Assembly: GCA_963662315.1 (NCBI GenBank)
Contig: OY759353.1
Span: forward strand, 4,320,001-4,384,000
Direction of reading: 5' to 3'
DNA: 64,000 nt
DNA from: Geopsychrobacteraceae bacterium
Lineage (GTDB): Bacteria > Desulfobacterota > Desulfuromonadia > Desulfuromonadales > Geopsychrobacteraceae
Shown here: in pieces, positions 44,069 through 52,652 of the stretch
Position numbering within the stretch: the stretch's first letter is position 1
Layout of the letters: each line of letters opens with the position of its first letter
Position numbers and translations under genes: made by a program
The notes under the pieces: generated by a model
What the model was told of the DNA's origin: nothing
Seen by the model: only the letters and a program-made list of their open reading frames with translations
Database searches by the model: none

Positions 44069-45088
44069 TTACTGGGTGACAAACTCAGTGTGGTCGCCGA
44101 TAACCGTTTCCTTTACGCTTTTAATAATAACAGCCGAAGCCGTTTTCGCCTTGGTTTCAAGCACAACCGCGGCACCTAACACTTCGTCCGGAAGGTCCAT
44201 ATTTCCGGCTTGCTTGAGAAACTCTTTAGATACCTGGCGTGGTCTGGACAGGTAAAACAGGTTGCCTGACTTTAATCCGTCATCTGAACCGGCATTGATA
44301 AAAAAGATGTCGGCTGTGGATATGGTCGTTTTGGCATCGCGGCCTGCGATAACGACTGCAGATGGATTAACGGTAGCACGCTCCAGAATGATTTCCTGTT
44401 GGGGGGGGGCATATTCGTACAGCTCGGCGCCGCGGGTGATTTCACGGTAGCTGCCGATAATTTTAGCGGTTACAGTTGCACCGTTAATTTCAGTGACCTG
44501 CAGGTACCCGACGTTAAACATCATGGTGCCTATGGGTTCTTTCGATACCGGGTGCTTGACCAACGAACCACGTTCAAACAGTCCGTAGGTGTCGCCGACC
44601 GTGACGCCGGAGAGGTCGTTCATTTTGACAAAAACCAGATCGTTCTTGGTCAGCAAGACGCGATTATCAACTGCATCAACAACCAGTCCCAGCGGTGTTT
44701 CATCTGTAAGAATAAAGCCGAGTCCGGAATCGGGCATGCTGATCTGGACCAGTTCGTTGTTTTCACCAGGAGTAACCGGAGCCGCTTCAACCGCATCAGA
44801 TGTTTTGTTTTCTGCTTCGCCATAGGCCGGAATGATTTCCAGTTTGCCGTCAAGGATGCGGATTTTTTGCCCTGGATAAATCAGATGCGGATTGGTGATT
44901 CCAGGATTTTTTGCCCAGACGTTCGGCCAGTAGTATGGATCATCAATAAATCTTTTGGACAGGTCCCACAGGGTGTCCCCTTTTTTGATGGTATAGATGC
45001 GGCCTTTCTCTGCCATTGCCAGGCCCGGGCCAATAATGGCAAGTACCAGTATCAGCAGTGATAACCAGCGGAAAACTGTCCGTATCAT
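44069..45088 (-). CDS. LysM peptidoglycan-binding protein (TsaP-like)
   Basis: Signal peptide, YTIKKGDTLWDLS...WP..W..NP.I.NPHLIYPGQ. Confidence 0.88.
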   Translation of the reverse strand: MIRTVFRWLSLLILVLAIIGPGLAMAEKGRIYTIKKGDTLWDLSKRFIDDPYYWPNVWAKNPGITNPHLIYPGQKIRILDGKLEIIPAYGEAENKTSDAVEAAPVTPGENNELVQISMPDSGLGFILTDETPLGLVVDAVDNRVLLTKNDLVFVKMNDLSGVTVGDTYGLFERGSLVKHPVSKEPIGTMMFNVGYLQVTEINGATVTAKIIGSYREITRGAELYEYAPPQQEIILERATVNPSAVVIAGRDAKTTISTADIFFINAGSDDGLKSGNLFYLSRPRQVSKEFLKQAGNMDLPDEVLGAAVVLETKAKTASAVIIKSVKETVIGDHTEFVTQ

Positions 45089-45121
45089 AAATTCCCTCAC
45101 TTTGAATAAAGTCGATCCGTT

Positions 45122-45856
45122 TTAATTTAATCCGGAATTTTTTTCGCCAAAGAATCTGGCTTCCGGGGTGTTGCCATAATTGTCCCGCAATTGATTTATT
45201 GCTTCATCCGCCTGTGCGTTAAGGCCGACTTTCTGGTAAAGGTTAATCAGCTGTACGAGTGCTGCCGGGGCTTTTTCCTGCCCGGCCGGGTTGCTGATGA
45301 TCTGGCGCAGATTGCTAACCGCCTGACTTGTTTTGTCCTGAGCGGCCTGGGCATTGGCCAGCCAGAAGCGCGCGTTGGGTGCATACTGATGGTCAGGATA
45401 ATTGATCAGAAACTGCTCGAAGCCAGCCTCAGCTGCGTAGTATTGACCGCTGGCAAGGTGTGAGAAAGCGGTCAGATAGCTGGTTGCAGAGTCTGCGACC
45501 CTAATCATGTCTGCCGTTCCCGCCTGTGGTAAGGGGGCCGGAGAGTCGAATTCTCTATGCTGCTCTGGGTGCAGACCCTGTTGAATCATATTTGTATTGG
45601 CCGACAGACTGTCAGTTGCCAGCGTCTGACCACCGGCCAGTTGCTGCTGAAGTTGTACGATGACGCGCTCCAGATCCTGCAATTGCTGCTGCTGAACAGC
45701 CTGTTGCTGTTTAATCTCTTGCAGTTGTTCTCTCAGGGCGAAAGATGGAGCCACTGAAGCAGGTTGGGCACAGCCGCCAAGGAATGTCAGTAAGATACTG
45801 AATGCAATAAGCGTGAAAAGAGTGTTGTGCGAGTTCTGGTTATTCAAACCGTTCAT
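45122..45856 (-). CDS. cpoB: CpoB/YbgF-like TPR lipoprotein
   Basis: LGGC lipobox, coiled coil, TPR motif YAPNARFWLA. Confidence 0.78.
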   Translation of the reverse strand: MNGLNNQNSHNTLFTLIAFSILLTFLGGCAQPASVAPSFALREQLQEIKQQQAVQQQQLQDLERVIVQLQQQLAGGQTLATDSLSANTNMIQQGLHPEQHREFDSPAPLPQAGTADMIRVADSATSYLTAFSHLASGQYYAAEAGFEQFLINYPDHQYAPNARFWLANAQAAQDKTSQAVSNLRQIISNPAGQEKAPAALVQLINLYQKVGLNAQADEAINQLRDNYGNTPEARFFGEKNSGLN

Positions 45857-45987
45857 CTCCAGAGACTTGTCTTAGAATGAAAAAAATTAAATCTAATTTA
45901 TAAAAATTATAGTCTTCTCCGCTGGTTGTCAAGCTGGAAAAAGGTGGATATCAGCAAAAACGTATTGAAAATTCTCGCTTTTTATCT

Positions 45988-46671
45988 TCATTTCTCAGGG
46001 TGTAAACGATACAGCCAACGCTGTGCCGTCAGCCCGATCCCATCAGTTCGTCGGTTAGCAGACAGTAAGCTGTTTAATCTGCATAGTTTTTGTGCTGGCA
46101 GGGTGGCCGCGTCCGGCAGCTTTGAGCGGACAAAATCCTTTTCGTCAGCAAAGAAGAATTCAACCTCGAATGAGTATTGCAGGTCCATGGTAAATCCGGG
46201 AAGGGTCGTCATGGCTTGAAACGCCGCCTGGCACAGTTCACTTTCGTCTCCACTGCCGGCGCCAAATTCTTTTTTTATGGTCATGAAAGACCCGCTTTCA
46301 CCCGGTTCAACAACCAGTATCGGTGCCTTAGATTTGAGTCTGTGGGCGGTTTGGAGCAGGTGTTTCTGCATGCATGCAGCAGGAATATGATGAAGGGACA
46401 AGGTATAAACAGCAACATCGTAGGGACCATTCCGGACCAGCTGTTCTTCGTCGTCGGCGTGAAGGAACGTGATATGGGGCATGGTTATGGTCCTACGGGC
46501 CTGTTGCAGCTTGGTTTGATCTGTATCGACAGCGGTAATGTGAGCGCACTCAGCAGCAAGAGACCGGGTTATGTCGCCGTCGCCGCAACCGATTTCAAGG
46601 ATTTTAAGCCCGGTGAGGGGATAGTGTTTATTTATGGCTGCAACGTACTGCTGTGCTTTGTCGACAGGCAT
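45988..46671 (-). CDS. Class I SAM-dependent methyltransferase
   Basis: ILEIGCGDG motif I, SLHHI; AAGGAG RBS before MPVDK. Confidence 0.85.
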   Translation of the reverse strand: MPVDKAQQYVAAINKHYPLTGLKILEIGCGDGDITRSLAAECAHITAVDTDQTKLQQARRTITMPHITFLHADDEEQLVRNGPYDVAVYTLSLHHIPAACMQKHLLQTAHRLKSKAPILVVEPGESGSFMTIKKEFGAGSGDESELCQAAFQAMTTLPGFTMDLQYSFEVEFFFADEKDFVRSKLPDAATLPAQKLCRLNSLLSANRRTDGIGLTAQRWLYRLHPEK

Positions 46672-46785
46672 CTCGCGTTTCTCCTTTTCAAGTTTCTTTT
46701 CAAGCGTTTCAAGATGGCAAGGTTCTATGCTATGCTCAAAGGCTTTGATAAGCAATAATTACAGTCTTTGAGGAGAACCAATAAC

Positions 46786-48006
46786 TTGACGAAGTCACAA
46801 ATCCGGTCCAAGCCGGAATTACTTATGCCCGCTGGGGATATGGCCAAATTGCAAACCGCGATTCGCTATGGGGCCGATGCTGTTTATCTGGGTACCGGCG
46901 ATTTTGGTCTGCGCGCCCACGCCGGTAATTTTGATCTGGATCAGTTGCGCGAGGCGCGGGCCCTGACCCGCGAAGCTGGAGTGGCACTGTATCTGACTCT
47001 GAATGCGTCATTGCGGGCGCAGGAGCTGTTGCCCCTGGAGGGCCTGCTTGAGGAATTGCGTCCCGTGGATCTTGATGCCTATATCATTGCTGATCCGGGG
47101 GTGTTGATGACCATTCAACAGATCGATCCGCAGCGCTCGGTGCATATTTCCACCCAGGCCAACAGCTGTAACCCGCGTACGGCTGAATTCTGGCAGCGCA
47201 ATGGCGCCAGCCGCCTGAATCTGGCCCGCGAGCTGACCCTGGAGGATATCCGGCAGTTTGCGGCGACAACCAGCATCGAACTCGAGTGCTTTGTTCATGG
47301 TGCCATGTGTGTCGCTCATTCGGGACGTTGTCTCTTATCCTCAGCTTTGCTGGGGCGCAGTGCCAACCGTGGTGACTGTGCCCAGCCGTGCCGTTGGCAG
47401 TATTCCCTGATTGAAGAAACGCGCCCTGCAGAACACTTCAGTATTGAAGAGGACGCCCATGGGACCTATATCATGAACAGTCGGGATCTGTGTCTGGTCG
47501 ACCACCTGGCGGAGATGATGGCCGCCGGTGTTCATAGCTTCAAGGTTGAAGGGCGGATGAAAAGTCTCTATTACGTGGCGACAACAGCTCGCGTCTACCG
47601 CGACGCCATTGATCGGCTGTGGGCAGACCCTCATGACCATGATCCCGAGTGGCTTCGTGAACTGGAAAAGGTCAGTCACCGTCCTTATGATACCGGGTTT
47701 CTGTTTGGTCATGATGACGCCAAAATTCACTCAGATGACACGCATTATATCCGTACCCACGATTTTGTCGGCTTTGTCCGTGAAGATGACAAGGGGCTGT
47801 GGGTCGAAGGGCGTAATCGTTTTATCTGTGGTGATGAACTGGAACTGATCGGACCACAGATGCGCCAGGAAAGGTTTGTTGTTGATCACATTGAGAATCG
47901 TAAGGGAATGGTCGTTAATGCCGGGCAGCCCAATTCCGAGCTACTGATTAAACTACCAGAATGGGCTGAAGCAGGAGATCTGATTCGGCGCAAAAGACCG
48001 GAGTAA
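46786..48006 (+). CDS. U32-family protein (TrhP/YegQ-like tRNA hydroxylase)
   Basis: PELLMPAG, HGAMCVAHSGRC, NRGDCAQPCR, FKVEGRMK; TTG start after GAGGAG. Confidence 0.88.
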   Translation: MTKSQIRSKPELLMPAGDMAKLQTAIRYGADAVYLGTGDFGLRAHAGNFDLDQLREARALTREAGVALYLTLNASLRAQELLPLEGLLEELRPVDLDAYIIADPGVLMTIQQIDPQRSVHISTQANSCNPRTAEFWQRNGASRLNLARELTLEDIRQFAATTSIELECFVHGAMCVAHSGRCLLSSALLGRSANRGDCAQPCRWQYSLIEETRPAEHFSIEEDAHGTYIMNSRDLCLVDHLAEMMAAGVHSFKVEGRMKSLYYVATTARVYRDAIDRLWADPHDHDPEWLRELEKVSHRPYDTGFLFGHDDAKIHSDDTHYIRTHDFVGFVREDDKGLWVEGRNRFICGDELELIGPQMRQERFVVDHIENRKGMVVNAGQPNSELLIKLPEWAEAGDLIRRKRPE

Positions 48007-48012
48007 GGTACG

Positions 48013-49275
48013 ATGAAATTAGTTCTTCTGATTGGCTATCTGTTGCTCAGCGGGGTTCGCTTTGGACTTGAATATCTCAACTTGCACCACCGCCAGCAAG
48101 CAGACAAAAGACTGCCTGAATCCTTTGCCGGACACATCGATGAGGAGCGTTTGCAGCAGAGTGAAGCTTATGCCCTGGCCGGGGACAAGCTCGGGTTTGT
48201 TGAGGACCTGGTTGGTATCGTACTGACCGTGGTTTTTTTGTTCGCTGGCCTGCTTCCCTGGTACGATACTTTGGTCGGGCGGCTTGAGCTGGGCTTTATC
48301 GCACAGGGACTGGTATTTTTTGGCGTGCTGGCCTTGGTGCAATTGATCCTGAGCCTGCCGTTTTCCCTATACCGTAATTTCGTGCTGGAAGAAAAGTTCG
48401 GCTTCAACCGTATGAGTCTGGGCTTGTGGGGAGCCGATTTGTTGAAATCGTTGCTGATTGGCGGTGTTCTGTTTATCGTCCTGGCCTCAGGTGCTTTATG
48501 GCTGATTGAACGGACTCCTGGCAGCTGGTGGTTGTGGGTCTGGGCCTTCTGGGCCATAGTGTCCCTGTTCCTGCTGTTCCTGTCGCCCTATTTGATTGAG
48601 CCCTTGTTTTTTAAATTTTCCCCTCTGGAACGGGAAGATCTGGAGCAGGACGTGCGGCAGTTGCTTGATCGGGCTGGAGTCACTGTCGGCAAGGTCCTGC
48701 AGGTCGATGCTTCACGCCGCAGTGGCCACAGTAATGCTTATTTTACCGGTATCGGCAAGGTGAAACGCGTCGTGCTGTTTGATACGCTGATGGATCAGCT
48801 TGAAAAACAGGAGTTGCTCGCCGTACTGGCTCATGAACTGGGGCATTGGCGTTGCGGGCATTTGCGTCAGATGTTGATTAAAAGCCAAATGATGGCGTTG
48901 TTCTGTTGTTGGGCCGCTTTTGTGTTGTTACGCAGCCAGCTGGTTCCCGGCTGGTTGGGCTTATATGATCTGTCCTTTTTTGCTCAGCTGCTGGTGCTTG
49001 GTTGGGTCGCTTCACTGGTGGGCTATCTCTGGTCTCCGGTTAGCAGCTGGTGGTCCCGTCGTCAGGAGCGTGAAGCTGATCAGTTTGCCGTTAATCTGGT
49101 GGGGAGTGGCAGGCCGCTGGCTTCGGGGCTGGTCAAACTGGCGCGGGAGAATCTCAGCAATCTGTTTCCACATCCCCTTTATACCGCTTTCTATTATTCC
49201 CATCCGCCGCTTGTGGAGCGGGTTGTTGGTCTTGAGAACAGGGTGGCTGATAAGACCGAAGCGAACGTTGCTTGA
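48013..49275 (+). CDS. M48 family (Ste24-like) membrane zinc peptidase
   Basis: HSNAYFTG, HELGH, EREAD, YSHPPL. Confidence 0.92.
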   Translation: MKLVLLIGYLLLSGVRFGLEYLNLHHRQQADKRLPESFAGHIDEERLQQSEAYALAGDKLGFVEDLVGIVLTVVFLFAGLLPWYDTLVGRLELGFIAQGLVFFGVLALVQLILSLPFSLYRNFVLEEKFGFNRMSLGLWGADLLKSLLIGGVLFIVLASGALWLIERTPGSWWLWVWAFWAIVSLFLLFLSPYLIEPLFFKFSPLEREDLEQDVRQLLDRAGVTVGKVLQVDASRRSGHSNAYFTGIGKVKRVVLFDTLMDQLEKQELLAVLAHELGHWRCGHLRQMLIKSQMMALFCCWAAFVLLRSQLVPGWLGLYDLSFFAQLLVLGWVASLVGYLWSPVSSWWSRRQEREADQFAVNLVGSGRPLASGLVKLARENLSNLFPHPLYTAFYYSHPPLVERVVGLENRVADKTEANVA

Positions 49276-49288
49276 GGAACGGCAGAAA

Positions 49289-49522
49289 CTAGCTGAGCTT
49301 TTCCATGCGGATAAAGCGGTTGTCCTGGTCAACGATCAGGGCAAAGCGGCCTTCTATGCCGCTGGCGGTTAAAAAAGAACGCAGGCGATAGGCCGGAAAT
49401 TGTAGGGTCTGGCCAGTTTCTGAACGCACTTGAACGCTGCTGGCGCTCCCCTGGTAGTAGCGCAGGAATTGTTGTTGCGTCAGCTTGAGGCGGAAAGTGA
49501 ATTTTTTTTCGGTGGCAGTCAT
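49289..49522 (-). CDS. DUF2835-like small protein
   Basis: FLRYYQG...LQFPA..LR.FLT..GIEGRF pattern. Confidence 0.7.
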   Translation of the reverse strand: MTATEKKFTFRLKLTQQQFLRYYQGSASSVQVRSETGQTLQFPAYRLRSFLTASGIEGRFALIVDQDNRFIRMEKLS

Positions 49523-49590
49523 AGCTTTTTTCTAAGTCCTAGGCTATCCCGTTAGCCTCTACTAGCGATACAAATGGAGAAGTTTAAACC

Positions 49591-49773
49591 ATGATCATAT
49601 ACAAAGTCGTCGAAACAAGCCAGGTTGATGACCAGAGTCTGGAGCAGATACTGAACACCTGGACGGCTGAGGGATGGCAGTTTGAAGGGGTGCATTTTGC
49701 CATGCGCGAAGCCAGCCGGCGCCCGGCAATGGCTTTTGTCACCTTTACCCGGGACGACGAAGCCATCGATTAA
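49591..49773 (+). CDS. DUF4177-like small protein
   Basis: YKVVE...LN.W..EGW pattern, GGAG RBS, followed by hairpin. Confidence 0.65.
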   Translation: MIIYKVVETSQVDDQSLEQILNTWTAEGWQFEGVHFAMREASRRPAMAFVTFTRDDEAID

Positions 49774-49779
49774 AGAAAT

Positions 49780-49810
49780 ACGCCCTGCAGCTGAACTTGC
49801 AGGGCGTTTC
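49780..49810. terminator. Hairpin between convergent genes
   Basis: ACGCCCTGCA...TGCAGGGCGT. Confidence 0.55.
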
Positions 49811-49817
49811 CATATGT

Positions 49818-50783
49818 TTAATAAGTCAGGCCGCCTTTTTTGCGAACTTTGCGCAGGGTTTTATTGGCAACATAGCGTGCTTTGTCGGCACCCATAGCCA
49901 AGATTTTGCGCAGACTGTCGGGATCCTCAAGGAGCGCCTTGCGCTTCTCGGCATAAGGAGCGAAAAAGTCACGGGTTGTCTCAAACAGTTCCTGTTTGAC
50001 GTCACCGTAACGCAGGCCGGGAGTTTCATAGCGTTTGCGCAGCTCGGCGACTCCTTCTTTATCAAGGAACAGACGGTAGATCTGGAAAATGTTGCAGGTG
50101 TCGGGGTTTTTGGCTTCTTCGACCGGGGTCGGATCAGTGACGATGCGCATGATCTGCTTACGCAGGGCCTTCTCATCCTGAAACAGGTCGATGGTGTTGC
50201 CGTAACTTTTGCTCATTTTACGGCCATCGAGACCGGGAACGGTCGCGACATCTTCGTCGATCTCCGGTTCCGGCAGGGTGAAGACCTCGCCATATTCATT
50301 GTTGTATTTAATGGCGATATCGCGGGCGACTTCCAGATGCTGTTTCTGATCCTTGCCGACCGGGACGACGTCGCTCTGGAACAGCAGAATGTCGGCGGCC
50401 ATCAGGACCGGGTAGGCAAACAAACCGTGGTTCGGTTTGATCCCCTGGGCGACCTTGTCTTTATAGCTGTGACAGCGTTCAAGCAGGCCCATGGGGGTGA
50501 AGTTTGACAGCGCCCAAGATAACTCCTGAACTTCGGGAATATCCGACTGAACCCAGAAGGTGCTTTTTTCCGGATCGAGACCCAAGGCCAGAAAGTTGGC
50601 CGCTGCCTCAAGGGTTCCTTTGGCCAGGACCTTACCGTCCGAGACACTGGTCATGGCATGGTAATTGGCGATAAAGCAGAAGAGATCCTGATTTTCCTGA
50701 TGATCGATCATCTTCTTCATCATGCCGAAGAAGTTTCCGAGGTGAAGTGAACCCGATGGCTGGATACCGGACAGCACACGCAT
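49818..50783 (-). CDS. trpS: Tryptophan--tRNA ligase
   Basis: SGIQPSG.LHLGN, YPVLMAADIL, VGKDQ, KMSKS; AGGAGG RBS. Confidence 0.97.
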   Translation of the reverse strand: MRVLSGIQPSGSLHLGNFFGMMKKMIDHQENQDLFCFIANYHAMTSVSDGKVLAKGTLEAAANFLALGLDPEKSTFWVQSDIPEVQELSWALSNFTPMGLLERCHSYKDKVAQGIKPNHGLFAYPVLMAADILLFQSDVVPVGKDQKQHLEVARDIAIKYNNEYGEVFTLPEPEIDEDVATVPGLDGRKMSKSYGNTIDLFQDEKALRKQIMRIVTDPTPVEEAKNPDTCNIFQIYRLFLDKEGVAELRKRYETPGLRYGDVKQELFETTRDFFAPYAEKRKALLEDPDSLRKILAMGADKARYVANKTLRKVRKKGGLTY

Positions 50784-50911
50784 AGCAATTCCTCCTGTAA
50801 ATCCATAAAGGAGGGGACAGAAAATGATTCTGTCCCCGACAGTGTTCATGTAAAATTCAATGCCGATGAATCTAGCAGATCGATTTGTACAAGGTCAATA
50901 AGGTAATAGAC

Positions 50912-51874
50912 ATGCTCAGACAATCAACTCGTGCAAGGTTTTCAGTGGCTCTAACCATCCTGTTCGGGATGTTGGTTTTTTCCATGTCGGCTGACGCCTG
51001 GTACCCGCGGCTTGCAAGCGAGGCGCTGATAACGCCCCATCGCGGTGGCGTGGTCGGGAGTAATCGCCCCTATGTCGTTGGCAACGATGAAACGCTGATG
51101 GAAATCGCTCGGCGTGGGCGCCTGGGCTTTTCAGCTCTGGTTAATGCCAATCCGGGGCAGGACGAGTGGTTGCCGACCGTGGGGTCTGAATTACTGCTCC
51201 CCTATGCCGCAGTTATTCCGCAGACCTTTGAACCCGGCATTACGGTAAACCTGGCCGAGTATCGCCTCTATCTGGTGGAGAAGCAGGATGATGCCTACCG
51301 TATCCGGATTTATCCCATCGGTCTGGGGCGCGAAGGGTGGCAATCTCCGGAAGGGGCCTATCGTATTGCCGAGATGATCGAGGATCCGGTCTGGACCCGG
51401 CCGGAAGTCATGCGTGACCCGGATTTGCCGTCGATAATTGAAGCCGGTCCTGATAATCCCCTGGGACGCTATTGGTTGGGGTTGTCAATTCCCGGCTACG
51501 GCATCCATGGAACCAACCGCCCGTTTGGTATTGGTCGGCGGGTCAGTCATGGCTGTATCAGGCTCTACCAGGCAGATATTGAAGACCTGGTTAAGCGGGT
51601 CAAGCGGGGGACTCCGGTGACCATTATTTATCAGCCGGTCAAGGTGGTAAGCAGCGACGGACAGTTGGTGGTGGAAGTTCATCCCGACTACCTGGGGCGT
51701 TTTGCTGATTTGGAACAAGAGGTCATGGCACGCTTGGATCAGGCGGGCTGGCAGGGGGAGCCAGATAAGGACTTGCTGCGTAAGATCGCCAGCGAAGCAA
51801 AAGGGATTCCGGTTGTCGTGGGACAAAGCGCAATAAGCCGCAGTCATTCAGTGCCGAAAACGCCAGAATCTTGA
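50912..51874 (+). CDS. L,D-transpeptidase (ErfK/YbiS/YcfS family)
   Basis: Signal peptide, YPIGLG, NPLG, YGIHGT...SHGCIRL catalytic motif. Confidence 0.92.
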   Translation: MLRQSTRARFSVALTILFGMLVFSMSADAWYPRLASEALITPHRGGVVGSNRPYVVGNDETLMEIARRGRLGFSALVNANPGQDEWLPTVGSELLLPYAAVIPQTFEPGITVNLAEYRLYLVEKQDDAYRIRIYPIGLGREGWQSPEGAYRIAEMIEDPVWTRPEVMRDPDLPSIIEAGPDNPLGRYWLGLSIPGYGIHGTNRPFGIGRRVSHGCIRLYQADIEDLVKRVKRGTPVTIIYQPVKVVSSDGQLVVEVHPDYLGRFADLEQEVMARLDQAGWQGEPDKDLLRKIASEAKGIPVVVGQSAISRSHSVPKTPES

Positions 51875-51884
51875 TGAATTCAAA

Positions 51885-51917
51885 CAAAAAAGCCCTGTAT
51901 AGAACAGGGCTTTTTTT
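51885..51917. terminator. Bidirectional intrinsic terminator
   Basis: AAAAAAGCCCTGT ataga ACAGGGCTTTTTT. Confidence 0.8.
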
Positions 51918-51937
51918 AACAGTCAACCAAAGACCGT

Positions 51938-52267
51938 TTACTTCTGTTGCGTCATCTTGAAAGCAGTCGCAGCTTTTGAAGCACTGACTTTTGCACTTGT
52001 CGCGGCAGCTTCGGCAGCATCGGCAGATGCTTTGGCGGCATCAGCGTAGTTCATAGCTTTAGCAGCAGCGGCTTCTGCTGTTGTTGCGGCAGCTTCAGCG
52101 CGATCAGCAGACTTGCTGGCGCTGGCTGCAGATGCCTGGGCACTTTCCGCAATTTTTAAGGCGTTGTCGAGCTTTGCCTGATCACTTTCAGACAATTTAG
52201 CGACGCAGCCGGACAAGAGTAACATGCCCAAACTAGCAGCACCAAGAATGACTCCTAAACGTTTCAT
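51938..52267 (-). CDS. Alanine-zipper outer membrane lipoprotein (Lpp/OprI-like)
   Basis: LSGC lipobox, Ala-rich heptad repeats, C-terminal Lys, AGGAGG RBS. Confidence 0.82.
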   Translation of the reverse strand: MKRLGVILGAASLGMLLLSGCVAKLSESDQAKLDNALKIAESAQASAASASKSADRAEAAATTAEAAAAKAMNYADAAKASADAAEAAATSAKVSASKAATAFKMTQQK

Positions 52268-52407
52268 GTTGCCTCCTTTGTTCGCTTTTTTTACCTGGTT
52301 AAAAGGTTCTCAACGATCTTCATGTCCTGTTTTGCAAGGCATTTAAATGTCTTGGCGCAGGATCAAAAATGGTAATAGTACACCATTTCGAGATATTTGT
52401 CAGTTTT

Positions 52408-52629
52408 TCACTGCTGCTGGTTGCCCATCATAGCAGCCAGTTGCAATAATTGCTGCAGATCCATGCCGCTTTCCTTGAGAATGCCGAGCAGGACCGGGAA
52501 CAGTTGCAACATAAAACCCGGTTCGTTAATGACCTCTTTGGCCAGGTCGGGCAGTGCTTCGAGGATAAAAGCTTTCTTGTCCTCTGTTGACAGGCCCATC
52601 ACGGCACTTTTTATCTCTTCAACGTTCAT
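52408..52629 (-). CDS. Small helical hypothetical protein downstream of lon
   Basis: AGGGAG RBS, 73 aa, 23 bp after lon stop. Confidence 0.7.
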   Translation of the reverse strand: MNVEEIKSAVMGLSTEDKKAFILEALPDLAKEVINEPGFMLQLFPVLLGILKESGMDLQQLLQLAAMMGNQQQ

Positions 52630-52652
52630 TTAAGTCTGACTCCCTTGTTGGT

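Noticed and set aside
39954..45856. cpoB-LysM-dprA-smg-topA cluster as a novel system
   Set aside because: LysM-dprA-smg-topA linkage is a well-known conserved neighbourhood.
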